Virus record (IMG/VR): IMGVR_UViG_3300009179_000175
Span: 42,759 to 106,758 of that record
From: a virus
Reading direction: 5' to 3' (one strand)
Length of the DNA: 64,000 nt
In this document: piece after piece, positions 36,312 to 46,051 of the stretch
Layout of the letters: each line of letters begins with the position of its first letter
Numbering within the stretch: the first letter of the stretch is position 1
Program-made: the position numbers and the translations under genes
The notes under the pieces: model-generated
The model's database searches: none
Seen by the model: the letters and a program-made list of their open reading frames with translations, nothing else
What the model was told of the DNA's origin: nothing

Positions 36312-37223
36312 TCAGAATTCTTTGTGCTGCAATCCGCAAGCCAGCACACGAATACCGAGCGAGTGCCAAAGTCTAACTACCTGAGGACGGTCATCGATAG
36401 CCCCGATGACATTGTACTTAGGAGCGATATCTCGGAAGAGGATCTCCCTCTTTACGATACAGTCCTTTCGAGTATCGCCGGTGACACGCATATAAAGTGC
36501 CGAAGGTTCGAATCCGAGATTCTGATACAGCCATTCCCAAGTCTTCTTCTTACAGATGTCGTCGCGACCGCTCGTGATTACGATATGAGTGCCCTGGGCT
36601 TTCAATCCTCTGACGACTTCGACCACCAAAGGGTCTGGCTTATCCAGGTCCACCTTATCCCACTCGAAGATGTTGCGAACCCCGTGGTGATGCGCGAGCG
36701 TACCGTCGATGTCTACGATGACCGCCTTAGTCAGTTCGGGGTCTGGTACATACCTTTCCCCGAACTGATTCCAGTATTTTTCGATCTGTTCGGCAATCAC
36801 CGACGAGCCGACCGGGTTTTCGCGTTGAAGATCGCGCTTGACCGCCTCCTCATACGAGATGTTGAAGAACTGCGACTTCACTTGCCATCCTGCAGCACCG
36901 AAGACATTGGAGATGAAATTGCGAGTCTTGGGGTTGAGGTTGGTGTCGGAAATGACCACACCCAAAATATCGGGAGTATCAATGATTCGTTCGATAGCAT
37001 CTTTCCATTCCGCAGTTACGATCTTCTCCCACTTCCTGTTCCACTTGTGCCACTCGAACTTTACGTCTCCCGTCATCCTATAGGAGACCTCGCCTCGAAT
37101 TTCATCTCGATTCAGGTTAACCCACCTTTCACCCGCCTTTCGGAAGGCTTCCACCATCTCATTAGCCCAGGTGGTCTTACCCGACGCACTCACACCCACT
37201 GTCATAATACACTGCTTCATCAT
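36312..37223 (-). CDS. pseT: polynucleotide 5'-kinase/3'-phosphatase (T4 PseT-like)
   Basis: GVSASGKTTWA P-loop, NRDEIR, DTNLN, HAD motif DIDGTLA, IDDRPQV. Confidence 0.92.
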   Translation of the reverse strand: MMKQCIMTVGVSASGKTTWANEMVEAFRKAGERWVNLNRDEIRGEVSYRMTGDVKFEWHKWNRKWEKIVTAEWKDAIERIIDTPDILGVVISDTNLNPKTRNFISNVFGAAGWQVKSQFFNISYEEAVKRDLQRENPVGSSVIAEQIEKYWNQFGERYVPDPELTKAVIVDIDGTLAHHHGVRNIFEWDKVDLDKPDPLVVEVVRGLKAQGTHIVITSGRDDICKKKTWEWLYQNLGFEPSALYMRVTGDTRKDCIVKREILFRDIAPKYNVIGAIDDRPQVVRLWHSLGIRVLACGLQHKEF

Positions 37224-37536
37224 TCATACTCCTTTTTCAAGAAGGCGTCTAAGTCTGTCACATGCTTTACGGCAATCTGCAAGCAGGTGTAGTAGAGTGC
37301 TTTGGAGATATCCGAACAGATTTTCTGCTCGGTGGTCAACGACTCTACGGCTTGGAGAAAAGCACAAGCATAGAGTTCGTCTTCGCTGGCTTCGAGCTCT
37401 GCTACTTCGGAGCGGCTCATAAACCTGGCTTGGTCGGCATTCAGCCTCACATAATCGTGATGATGAGTGAACGGAATGCGGCCATTCATGCGGTTTAACC
37501 GAGTCAATTCTTCAACGACGCTTTCTTTGATGTTCA

Positions 37537-38181
37537 TTAGCATTTCTCAAGTTGATTTGGAATCCAAGATTTCGTCCAATGTTCTTTGGTCTGGACATGA
37601 CCCTTTCTAACCCATTTGGCAACATGGGTGGACCAATCGCTGTATCGAATCGGATCGGTCACTCGTACCACATAGCCTTCTTGGGTTTCGCGATTCAGTT
37701 GGTAACCCTTATAGCGGATCTGATCTTCATCCCAAGTTCCACGCCATAAGACAGGTACATGGATAAGACCGAGCAAATCGCACCATTCGGTAGTTTCGTC
37801 CCAACTCAACGCGGTGTTCTGTTCATCGAAGATGGCGAATACTTCTATCCATCGCTTCAGGTTCTCGTAACGAATGGAGTGCTGGGCATAGAGGTTCTCA
37901 CCTACAACCCTCCATCCTTCGGGTAAATCGCGGCACTTCTCGGCCCACATCGCTTTGATTACATCTTGCCAGGCATGAGAAGTGCCGCTTAAACTACGAG
38001 CATGAATGCCACCATCGTGATAGAGTGAAGTGTTTTCGCCATCGCGCTTTTCAGTGACGATCACCTCCTTGTCGAGGAAAGGCTCCAGTGATTTGAGGAT
38101 TTTGTCGTCACCATGGAGTTCTTCAGTCCATGGAAGATGATAAGTTCGCGGATGCTTGTGCTTCATAGCCGGGCTCCTCAC
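37537..38181 (-). CDS. RNA ligase family protein
   Basis: YPRT.HLPW, TEKRDGEN (KxDG), VVGENL, FAIFD, EGYVVR, KWVR. Confidence 0.8.
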   Translation of the reverse strand: MRSPAMKHKHPRTYHLPWTEELHGDDKILKSLEPFLDKEVIVTEKRDGENTSLYHDGGIHARSLSGTSHAWQDVIKAMWAEKCRDLPEGWRVVGENLYAQHSIRYENLKRWIEVFAIFDEQNTALSWDETTEWCDLLGLIHVPVLWRGTWDEDQIRYKGYQLNRETQEGYVVRVTDPIRYSDWSTHVAKWVRKGHVQTKEHWTKSWIPNQLEKC

Positions 38182-38644
38182 AATGGTATTAGTGGATGAG
38201 ACTGCATTAGAGGTTACATGGCTCTCTCCTTTTTTAGGGTAAAAGTTCTATAGAAGTTGCACTTGGATGTAAACGAATGACCAGGTCCTGAGCCTGTTTC
38301 CACGAGGGAGCGAAGATTTGCACTTTCACGCCATCGACGAGAAACCACCGGATACCTTTGGAATACAACGCAGGATTACCGTGCTGTTCCTCATACTTAC
38401 GAGTATCGATTTTCACCATGCGCTCCAGTATTTTTCTCTCGGAATGACGTGCTGCTTGCCTTTGCTCGTTAGAGCGAGCCAAACCCGCTTTCCTTCAGTT
38501 TCGGCAGAAAGATAACCCAGCTCAACCAGCTTTTTCATCTCGGTATCCTTATCGTAAAGGCTTTTAAGAATCCCTAATCGCCTCTCGCCGATACCGCAAC
38601 CGACGAACGCGGTCATCTTCTTTTTGATTCTGGGAATTGCCATT

Positions 38645-38848
38645 TCAGCGCACCCTAACTTCACCGAAGTCTTCGGACATCGGGCGATAATCGCCCGACT
38701 TTTTCAGTTGTGCCAAGCACCCCGCAAACGAGTGACTATCACCGACATTGGGCAAGTAAACCACGCCCCAAATCGATCCGTCGGTGTACTCGGTTTTGGA
38801 CTCCACTGCCGACAACAAGCGGGTTAAGACTTCTTGGGACTTGGTCAT
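38645..38848 (-). CDS. small early protein
   Basis: Follows the promoter cassette at 38878. Confidence 0.6.
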   Translation of the reverse strand: MTKSQEVLTRLLSAVESKTEYTDGSIWGVVYLPNVGDSHSFAGCLAQLKKSGDYRPMSEDFGEVRVR

Positions 38849-38877
38849 CGTTGGCTCCGTTTACTTAGTGTGCCTAT

Positions 38878-38940
38878 AGTATAACACCAAAATCCGAAAT
38901 GTCAAGCCGTTCAGGAAAAATATTTTCACTCGAATGTGAC
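38878..38940 (-). promoter_or_regulatory. sigma70 early promoter cassette
   Basis: TTGACA-N16-TATACT. Confidence 0.8.
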
Positions 38941-38947
38941 AGGCGAT

Positions 38948-39208
38948 TTACTTAGCAATCTCGACAACAAGGCTGGTGGGATACGTCCAGGACGCATAGC
39001 CGACCACATGGTAAACGGACAGGACGCGGTCACCGAACCGGACGCGCATGGCATTCTCCACCTCAGCCAAATCTTCCGCTCTGAATCCCCACACCTTAAC
39101 TCGCTGGTGCCCCTTCCGAGCTTCAGAGAAAATGCGGTGGTCCACCTCATAGTTCAGACTTTGCAGGGCTTGGCGGACGTTTCCAGCGAAATTGGGCTTC
39201 ATGGACAT
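38948..39208 (-). CDS. early protein, paralog of 54836-55111
   Basis: VRQ.LQ...Y...SE.RK...RVK.WG...FGDR shared. Confidence 0.7.
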   Translation of the reverse strand: MSMKPNFAGNVRQALQSLNYEVDHRIFSEARKGHQRVKVWGFRAEDLAEVENAMRVRFGDRVLSVYHVVGYASWTYPTSLVVEIAK

Positions 39209-39244
39209 TTTTGGCTCCGGTGTGTTTTCCTACTTCTTGTGCGT

Positions 39245-39308
39245 AGTATAGCACCCCGGGAGCCAAAAGTCAAGCCGTTCAGAAAAAATATTTCCACGAA
39301 AATGCGAC
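39245..39308 (-). promoter_or_regulatory. sigma70 early promoter cassette
   Basis: TTGACT-N17-TATACT. Confidence 0.85.
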
Positions 39309-39309
39309 G

Positions 39310-39777
39310 TCAATCTTCCTTGTCGTCGAAGAAGCTGGTCTTTCCGGGTATCGGTGGAACCAGCGGGGCATCGAAGATCTTTTCGATTCGATCGATTAGA
39401 CGACGGAAAAGGCGTGGAGAAACATCGAACATTCCAGCCCAAAGATTAGCGACGGGAATGATCGAAACCAGTGCTCTTCCTATGAGAGTACCGATTTTAT
39501 CGGTGGGTGAGTAGTAAGACGCATATTGATCCGAATCCCTATGTACCGTTCGGTTAAACCTCTCCAACTCTTCTGGGTTACCTTCCAACTCCTTGCGCCT
39601 CTTAATCGTATTCTTAACCTTATCTCTTTCGATAAGATCCTTTTGGTAGTTTTCCATGGTTCGCAAAGTATAACCCACGAAACAGATAGACAGGGGAAGC
39701 CAATACAGCAGCAACCCCATCCAACCCGTCACCCAGTTTACTAACAGATAACTCACACCATTCATCAACGTTTCCAT
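39310..39777 (-). CDS. two-TM membrane protein
   Basis: Two hydrophobic segments flanking a charged loop. Confidence 0.6.
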   Translation of the reverse strand: METLMNGVSYLLVNWVTGWMGLLLYWLPLSICFVGYTLRTMENYQKDLIERDKVKNTIKRRKELEGNPEELERFNRTVHRDSDQYASYYSPTDKIGTLIGRALVSIIPVANLWAGMFDVSPRLFRRLIDRIEKIFDAPLVPPIPGKTSFFDDKED

Positions 39778-40542
39778 AGATTACGCCTCGAAGATCGAAC
39801 GCAAGCCGACTCTCTGGCCCAGAAGATTGAGCATCATGAATATCTCGAACTGGATTTCCGCCAGCGTGGTTCTGGGAATGATCTGCGGCGTTCCTTCCTG
39901 GAAGTGGTTGCTTTCGCGTTTCGCTGCAACGAAGATCAGCATCAATGCTCTCATGCTGATGTAATCGCATAAGATAGGCTCATCACTGGTTAAGCTGAAC
40001 TTCAAAGATGAGGCGTCCATCCTTTCTCGGGCCATCTGATTACCGAAACGACGGACCCATCTCCTATCTTCGTGATTAAACAGACTCCATCCGACGTCGA
40101 TGTTGCGTGTTTCATAATCGAGTCGGGTGCATACGGTTAAGACGGAACCACTTGCCAGGAAGTGGTGACGGAATCGAACTGCTGGCTTTTGATCGCACAT
40201 GATATAATCCTCTTCAGGTTGTAAAGATAGTTTTTTCTTCTACGTTGACACCGGCATAGGTTTGGTAGATTTTATCTTTCGCCACATTCAATTGGTAAAT
40301 CTGACTGTCGATAGCATCTATTTCCGCTTGTTTCCTTTGGTGTACCCAGGCAACGGCATCGTCCAGATCAGTGAACAGGAACATGCCTGCCACTCTTCTT
40401 TTGGTGCCGTTTCCATACTGCACCAAAAGATTATCATTCAAACTCTCGGTGAGTTTGACAAAGATGGCACAATACCTGATGCCATCGGTAAGATAGTTCT
40501 CCACGTCCCATCCATAGAGTATACGGTAATAATCCCTTGAAT

Positions 40543-41328
40543 TCATTTCAGAACCTCGATAGTGACTGGTTTGTATTCGTTATCGTTTTTATACAGCTCT
40601 CTACCATAACCCAGAGGATTAGCAACCACTCTACAATCGCCGATTTGGTAATCGACTGGTGCGTGAGTGTGCCCGTGAGCCCAAACCAGAATCTTCGGAC
40701 GATCTAAAATGAAGTCTTCCAGATTGGACACGAAAGCACCATTGGCGGCATTTCCTTTAAATCGAGGTGAAACGCTTTGATAACTCGGGGCGTGGTGGGT
40801 AAGAACCACGTTGAGAGGATCGCCCGATATCTCTAACATGACTTTGATGAAATCGACATTCTTGTCATAAAGTCGGACGGTATCCTTCGGTACGATTCTC
40901 TTGTAATCCATACCAACGGTTTTCGCGATGTAACGATAATCGTTGATTAGATCTTCGCAAGCCAACATGGATAACGGATCTTCTCGATTCATGTCGCTCC
41001 AAAGAGTAGATCCGATATAACGAACGTTATCGATTGCGACCACATCGTTGTCCAAGATGACGATGTTCCTGAAAGACTCAAGAAACCTTCTCATGTCGGG
41101 TATGGTGTGCTCGAGGTGATTGCCATAGAACTCGTGGTTGCCCGGTACATAGAGAACATAAGTCCAGTTCGCACTCACGTATTCGAAGAACTTCTTTATT
41201 CGTTTGAAGTGAATGACTTCACAGACATCCCCCAATAGAGCCAACACCGGTGAAGCGGGTTTGAGCTCTCTCAAGTCTCCATCGTAATAAGAGGAGAGAT
41301 GAAGATCGCTCACCAAATCGAATTTCAT
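40543..41328 (-). CDS. calcineurin-like metallophosphoesterase
   Basis: SDLH, LLGD, VPGNHEFY, THHAP, HGHTH. Confidence 0.9.
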   Translation of the reverse strand: MKFDLVSDLHLSSYYDGDLRELKPASPVLALLGDVCEVIHFKRIKKFFEYVSANWTYVLYVPGNHEFYGNHLEHTIPDMRRFLESFRNIVILDNDVVAIDNVRYIGSTLWSDMNREDPLSMLACEDLINDYRYIAKTVGMDYKRIVPKDTVRLYDKNVDFIKVMLEISGDPLNVVLTHHAPSYQSVSPRFKGNAANGAFVSNLEDFILDRPKILVWAHGHTHAPVDYQIGDCRVVANPLGYGRELYKNDNEYKPVTIEVLK

Positions 41329-41349
41329 GATATTTCTACTCCTAACGGT

Positions 41350-42255
41350 TTATTGTAGAGCTTGCTTAAGATGGTTGTATTCGTAGTAGAAGAATCCACG
41401 GATAGTCGCATAGTTGCGCCAGTTATCCGTCGTCGTTCTGCCGGCGGCTTCCGCGCGGTTGAATGCCGTCTCCGCTCCTGCTGGACCACCGTTGGCTTTC
41501 AACCACGGTCCCAAGAAGCACATCTGATTATAAAAATCGGGGTGCGTCGGTCCTTGATTACAGATTTCGGGAGGTAACCACTCGGCGCTGAAGATCGGAT
41601 AGACGTCTGTCTTCTTACTTACGATTACCGGCGCGGTTTGCCCGCCTTTTCGGGTTACCATGATTTGGTCGAGTCTACCTTTAACCTTCGAGTAAGTCTT
41701 CTTACCATCCGGAACATAGGCGTGAATGAATAGACGATCGACTAATGGGACGAGACCGTTCATATCCGATTGCGTGGTCCAGCCGATGTAGGCACCGATC
41801 TTCCTGTCCTGTCCGCCCTTCTGTCTCATGTACTTGAGCAGAGTGGCTGCGTTCTCGAAGTCGCGCGGTTTGTTATTCCACCATTCGTACTCGAGATGGA
41901 ACCCGGTTACTCGTACTCGGTAGGTGTTGATAAAGCTCATCACCCTGTCCATCTCCGCGCCACTACCAATGGCTATGTTGACATCCGTTACACCATAAGC
42001 AGGTAGTTTGGTTAGCAACAAGCTGAACTCGAGTTCCTTACCGGGAACCACTCGGGTTGCCAGCGGCCCACCTGTATAGAAAGTGAGTTCGGTGAACTGA
42101 TACTTCCTGACGAAGTCCAGAAACTCTTGTGTTTTGACAGAATCTGTCACGATTTTGTATAACTGTCCGACTAATAATGCTCTCATAGGTTCTCCTTTAG
42201 ATTGAAAGGGTAGGATAGATAGAATCATGAATAAGATAAGCATAAGTCTCTTCAT
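41350..42255 (-). CDS. secreted protein, possible glycoside-hydrolase-like barrel
   Basis: Signal peptide MKRLMLILFMILSILPFQSKG; GFHLEYEWWN, KIGAYIG, VDRLFIHAY. Confidence 0.5.
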   Translation of the reverse strand: MKRLMLILFMILSILPFQSKGEPMRALLVGQLYKIVTDSVKTQEFLDFVRKYQFTELTFYTGGPLATRVVPGKELEFSLLLTKLPAYGVTDVNIAIGSGAEMDRVMSFINTYRVRVTGFHLEYEWWNNKPRDFENAATLLKYMRQKGGQDRKIGAYIGWTTQSDMNGLVPLVDRLFIHAYVPDGKKTYSKVKGRLDQIMVTRKGGQTAPVIVSKKTDVYPIFSAEWLPPEICNQGPTHPDFYNQMCFLGPWLKANGGPAGAETAFNRAEAAGRTTTDNWRNYATIRGFFYYEYNHLKQALQ

Positions 42256-42256
42256 G

Positions 42257-43537
42257 TTAGTATTTATTTTTCCAGTGGTACGCCTTAATCTGACAGTATT
42301 GAGGCACATAGCCATCTCTATACGACGAACGGTTGAGGTACTCGTCCATGATAGCCATCGTCCTGACGGCTCGCATAAAGAACCCACCATATAAGGTGTA
42401 GAACGGGAACACGATACACGACGGCATATCTCTCTTCAGATTATTGCTATGAAACAGAACCGTCAGCATCTGAAAGAACCCGAACACCATGTATGCCATG
42501 AATACCGACACCGAAAGGTTTCTAAGCACATCCCCCGGCTGAGAGTAGATGAGACCTGCCAACATGATCCAGAAACTGATCGTACACCACACCGAAAAGA
42601 AGAACGTATCCCACCAATAGATGAAGTTGGTCAATCTGAAGTTGTTCGTGAACAGCGAATAGTTCAAATGCTTCCTTAGATGTATGCGAACGATGCCCAT
42701 ATCCCATCTCATCCTCTGCTTCCAGAGCTGCTTCCAGGTAACGGGTACATCGGTGAAGCACTCGGCTTCCGGTACGAAAACGATGTTATAACCGATTTTC
42801 CTGATTCGGATCGTGATGTCCGAGTCCTCCGAGGGACCGACATCCATACCGTATCCTCTTCTGAAGATGTCGGTCCTAAAGGCACCGAACGCGCCCGATA
42901 TAATCGATAGAGTCCCAATCTTCGCGGACAGCGTCCTACCCACCAAAATCGAAATCAGGTACTCGTAAGACTGGAGCAAAGTGCAAAGACTGTCGTTCGG
43001 GTTTCTGACCAAGATAGCGCCCGATGTTCCACCCACCATCGGGTCTCTGAACGGTTGAACCAGCTTGTAGATGGCATTGGGCCCGAAGGTAGAGTCGGAA
43101 TCCACGACTGCCACGATCTCTCCGGTGATGTAAGGATAGGCGAAGTTCTGTGCAGTACTCTTTCCGCCCCCTCTGGCTCTCTTTAAGACAATCACATCTT
43201 TATGAGTTTCGGCGAACTTGCTGGCCAGCTCGAACATGTCATCCGTCGACCCATCATCGATCACGATGATTTGAAGGAATGGATAGCTACCGTGAAGCGA
43301 TTCCAGGCATTGAACAATCGTCCCCGACTCATTCAATCCTGGAATCAGGATGGTTACATCGGGTAGATGTGCTGGTTGCTTGGGCTTTCTTCCGAACGAG
43401 GCGAAGAACTCCCAGAAGACCAGCATGATGTTCATGAACAGATAGCGCGGGCCATCTAACAGAAGCATCCCCGAGAACGTCAGCAAGTATTGCTCCCAGG
43501 AGAACCCCGATAACCAATGAATGGCATCCTGTATCAT
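42257..43537 (-). CDS. processive GT2 glycosyltransferase (PgaC/IcaA/hyaluronan-synthase-like)
   Basis: IPGLNE, IDDGSTD, GKS.A, VDSDS, ISGAFG.FR, SED, QRMRW, N- and C-terminal TM helices. Confidence 0.9.
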   Translation of the reverse strand: MIQDAIHWLSGFSWEQYLLTFSGMLLLDGPRYLFMNIMLVFWEFFASFGRKPKQPAHLPDVTILIPGLNESGTIVQCLESLHGSYPFLQIIVIDDGSTDDMFELASKFAETHKDVIVLKRARGGGKSTAQNFAYPYITGEIVAVVDSDSTFGPNAIYKLVQPFRDPMVGGTSGAILVRNPNDSLCTLLQSYEYLISILVGRTLSAKIGTLSIISGAFGAFRTDIFRRGYGMDVGPSEDSDITIRIRKIGYNIVFVPEAECFTDVPVTWKQLWKQRMRWDMGIVRIHLRKHLNYSLFTNNFRLTNFIYWWDTFFFSVWCTISFWIMLAGLIYSQPGDVLRNLSVSVFMAYMVFGFFQMLTVLFHSNNLKRDMPSCIVFPFYTLYGGFFMRAVRTMAIMDEYLNRSSYRDGYVPQYCQIKAYHWKNKY

Positions 43538-43947
43538 GTCGCAGTCTCTTCTGATTTGATCTTGATTAGATACTGCTGTGGTTCCATCATGGTCGCCTCG
43601 TCCATCAGAAAACGAGTTTCGCAGTTGATGCACTGCCCGATCATCTTCGTGTTATTACCGGTCCAACCGCAATCCATGCACCTTTGAAGTCCGTGAGAAA
43701 CGTCATAATCGCAGTTGACGATAAGATCCTCTTTATGACATTTGGGACAGGTTAAACTACCCCTCTCCTTATTGATAACGTAAGTTCGAAGATAGTCGAC
43801 GTTGCCGCAAGCATAGTGATGTACCAGCAGATCGGGTTTGATGTTGCTGCTACTGCATTGAGGGCACCCGGGTCTAAAAGTAGGCAATCCGCCGCATTCC
43901 GGGCAGGTTAAAAACTTATCACTCATCAGGTATGGCACAGAAATCAT
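43534..43947 (-). CDS. multi-zinc-ribbon protein (TackOD1-like)
   Basis: CPECG, CPQCSS, HYACG, CPKC, DYD, CMDCG, CINC. Confidence 0.6.
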   Translation of the reverse strand: MISVPYLMSDKFLTCPECGGLPTFRPGCPQCSSSNIKPDLLVHHYACGNVDYLRTYVINKERGSLTCPKCHKEDLIVNCDYDVSHGLQRCMDCGWTGNNTKMIGQCINCETRFLMDEATMMEPQQYLIKIKSEETAT

Positions 43948-43962
43948 AATGTATTCACCTTC

Positions 43963-45213
43963 TTACTTATCAGTATGAGTATGAGCGTGAGAATCGGGAA
44001 CTGCCAGTGATGCCAGGTTCAACGACTCTTTCACGATGTCCGTAGGGTTAGGTCTCTTGATAACGCTACCGACCACGAAGGGTTGATAGCCACCTTGAGG
44101 TTCGAGGTAAACCTTCACCAGCTTCTGATTAGCGAGATAGTTGCTCTTGATTTGATCGGGCGGTGAGGTAACATCTTTAGAGATTGATGTGACTTCGGTG
44201 CTCACCATCTTACCCAACGAAGGCACCATCACTTGTACCTGATTGCCGACCTTCGGTAGCCTGTCGGAAGGGTCGTAGTAAAGAACCAGATTGGCGGTGC
44301 CGTCCACGATTAAGGATAGAATAGGATCGGCTCCAATCAACTCTCCCGGTCTCTTCTTGATCGAGGAAACGATACCGGAATACTGACTATAGATTTCGCC
44401 TTCCTTTATCTTATCGGTGTATCGACTCTTCTCATTGTTGAGATACTCGATCTTCGCTTCGATCGGTTTCAGTGCCACGTCGCTTCTCTGCTCTCTCGAC
44501 AGACTCGCCAGGCGATCTTGCAAAGACTTCAAGGACGCTTCTTTGCCCCTTAAGGCATAGGCAACGGAGTTGGCTTGAGATCGAGCGGAATCTACTTCCT
44601 GGGCACCGGCGGCGTCCATAGCCTTCAGTCTCGCATAGCGCGCTGCCTCTCCTTTCTGGAATGCCAGCTTGGACCTGAGTTCACCGATGGTTGCCGAGGT
44701 GTCGGAGATCTGCCCTTCAATCTGACGAATTAGATCCAAACGGTTGAGCTCGTTCTTCGCCAGCTCTTCTCTTTTAGAATCCAATTCTGCTTTAGCGATT
44801 TCGATCTCGTCGGTCAGCTTGTCCAACTGCCTACGGTCTTCGGTAGAGACGACTTGAGCCAGAAAGCTACCCGCCTTGACGATCGAGCCTTCGGCTACGT
44901 CGAGCTTTTGAATGACGCCCGGGAGGGTGGTATAAACTCCGACGATGTCGGACTCCACTACACCGAAGGAGTCGTATCGTAGATATGAATTCCATAGGCT
45001 ATAACCGCCATAAGACAGGAGGGCAGTTATCAGTGCAAATGCTACTTTCCTGCCTTTTCGAGGAGGAATGGAAGAAGGCGCGGTGTAGTTTAAAGAAGTC
45101 TGGGGTGCGGCGCCTAATTCTGGAATCGGTGTAATCACACCCGTCTTGGTCGCTTCCAAGTAGGTGTTCTGCGTAAGATGGTAATCGTTTTCTGGAAAAC
45201 GCTTGAATATCAT
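43963..45213 (-). CDS. HlyD-family membrane fusion protein
   Basis: TM anchor, PGVIQKLDVAEGSIVKAG lipoyl-like motif, long coiled coil, IYSQYSGIV...PGE. Confidence 0.85.
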   Translation of the reverse strand: MIFKRFPENDYHLTQNTYLEATKTGVITPIPELGAAPQTSLNYTAPSSIPPRKGRKVAFALITALLSYGGYSLWNSYLRYDSFGVVESDIVGVYTTLPGVIQKLDVAEGSIVKAGSFLAQVVSTEDRRQLDKLTDEIEIAKAELDSKREELAKNELNRLDLIRQIEGQISDTSATIGELRSKLAFQKGEAARYARLKAMDAAGAQEVDSARSQANSVAYALRGKEASLKSLQDRLASLSREQRSDVALKPIEAKIEYLNNEKSRYTDKIKEGEIYSQYSGIVSSIKKRPGELIGADPILSLIVDGTANLVLYYDPSDRLPKVGNQVQVMVPSLGKMVSTEVTSISKDVTSPPDQIKSNYLANQKLVKVYLEPQGGYQPFVVGSVIKRPNPTDIVKESLNLASLAVPDSHAHTHTDK

Positions 45214-45762
45214 AAAATATCTCCTGATTTAAAATAGCAATCAAATTTGCCCTCTCCCGTAATCACAATGGTATTGCAACCTTTGGGTTTAGGGCTGGTC
45301 TTTAAATCGCAGTAAATCTTTCTCCACAACAGATTGTGATGCTTGGTTTTCCTTGATTTATGTTGATACTGGTAATACTCCTTAACGATTGATCCGGGTT
45401 GCCGGCTCATATCTCGAGGCGAGCTCGAATACATGAGCCATCTCATGATCTACCAAGGCATCGACGTGGCTCTTCCAATCTCCTTCGAATGAAGCGATAC
45501 CCGGGAATGAATTCGTTCTTTTGTGTTCCTCCTCGAATTTAGCTACGGTTTCGATCTGTGCGATATCATTCAATGCAAAGAACATGCGGTGTTCTAAAAA
45601 CCCTGAAGTTACGAAACTGCTGGAATTCCTTTTAGAAAAAGTGTAACCCACATGTAAAATGAGGAGAGAAATCTTTAAGTTTTTCTCTCCCCACGCTATA
45701 TCTCCTATAATACGTTCCTTTACCCTTTCGATGATCTCCTCTTTAAGCGGGAACATCATCAT
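45210..45762 (-). CDS. SprT-like zinc metalloprotease domain protein split by one extra base
   Basis: DHEMAH in 45382-45762 and HNLLWRKIY in 45210-45446; joined by removing one base near 45397. Confidence 0.5.
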
Positions 45763-46051
45763 AGCCAGGGGGAACGAACTTGGAGTGCGTTCGGGTATGT
45801 ATCACGCACCATGGAAACCTCTTATCAATCGGGTATCCGGTGCCTGGATTGGCTCTGACAAGAACGACATCACTTTCATCATCTTCCTCCAGTTCGCGCA
45901 AGGCTGTCATAACATCTTCTTCAGAAAAATTGCCCCCAAAATGGAAGGCGAGTGTGTTGATATAACCGGTCAGCTCTTGTACCGTACAATCGAATTTCAC
46001 ATCGGTTATACCAGCGATCTCTGTTCTCAGATCCATGATAGACTCCTTTCC

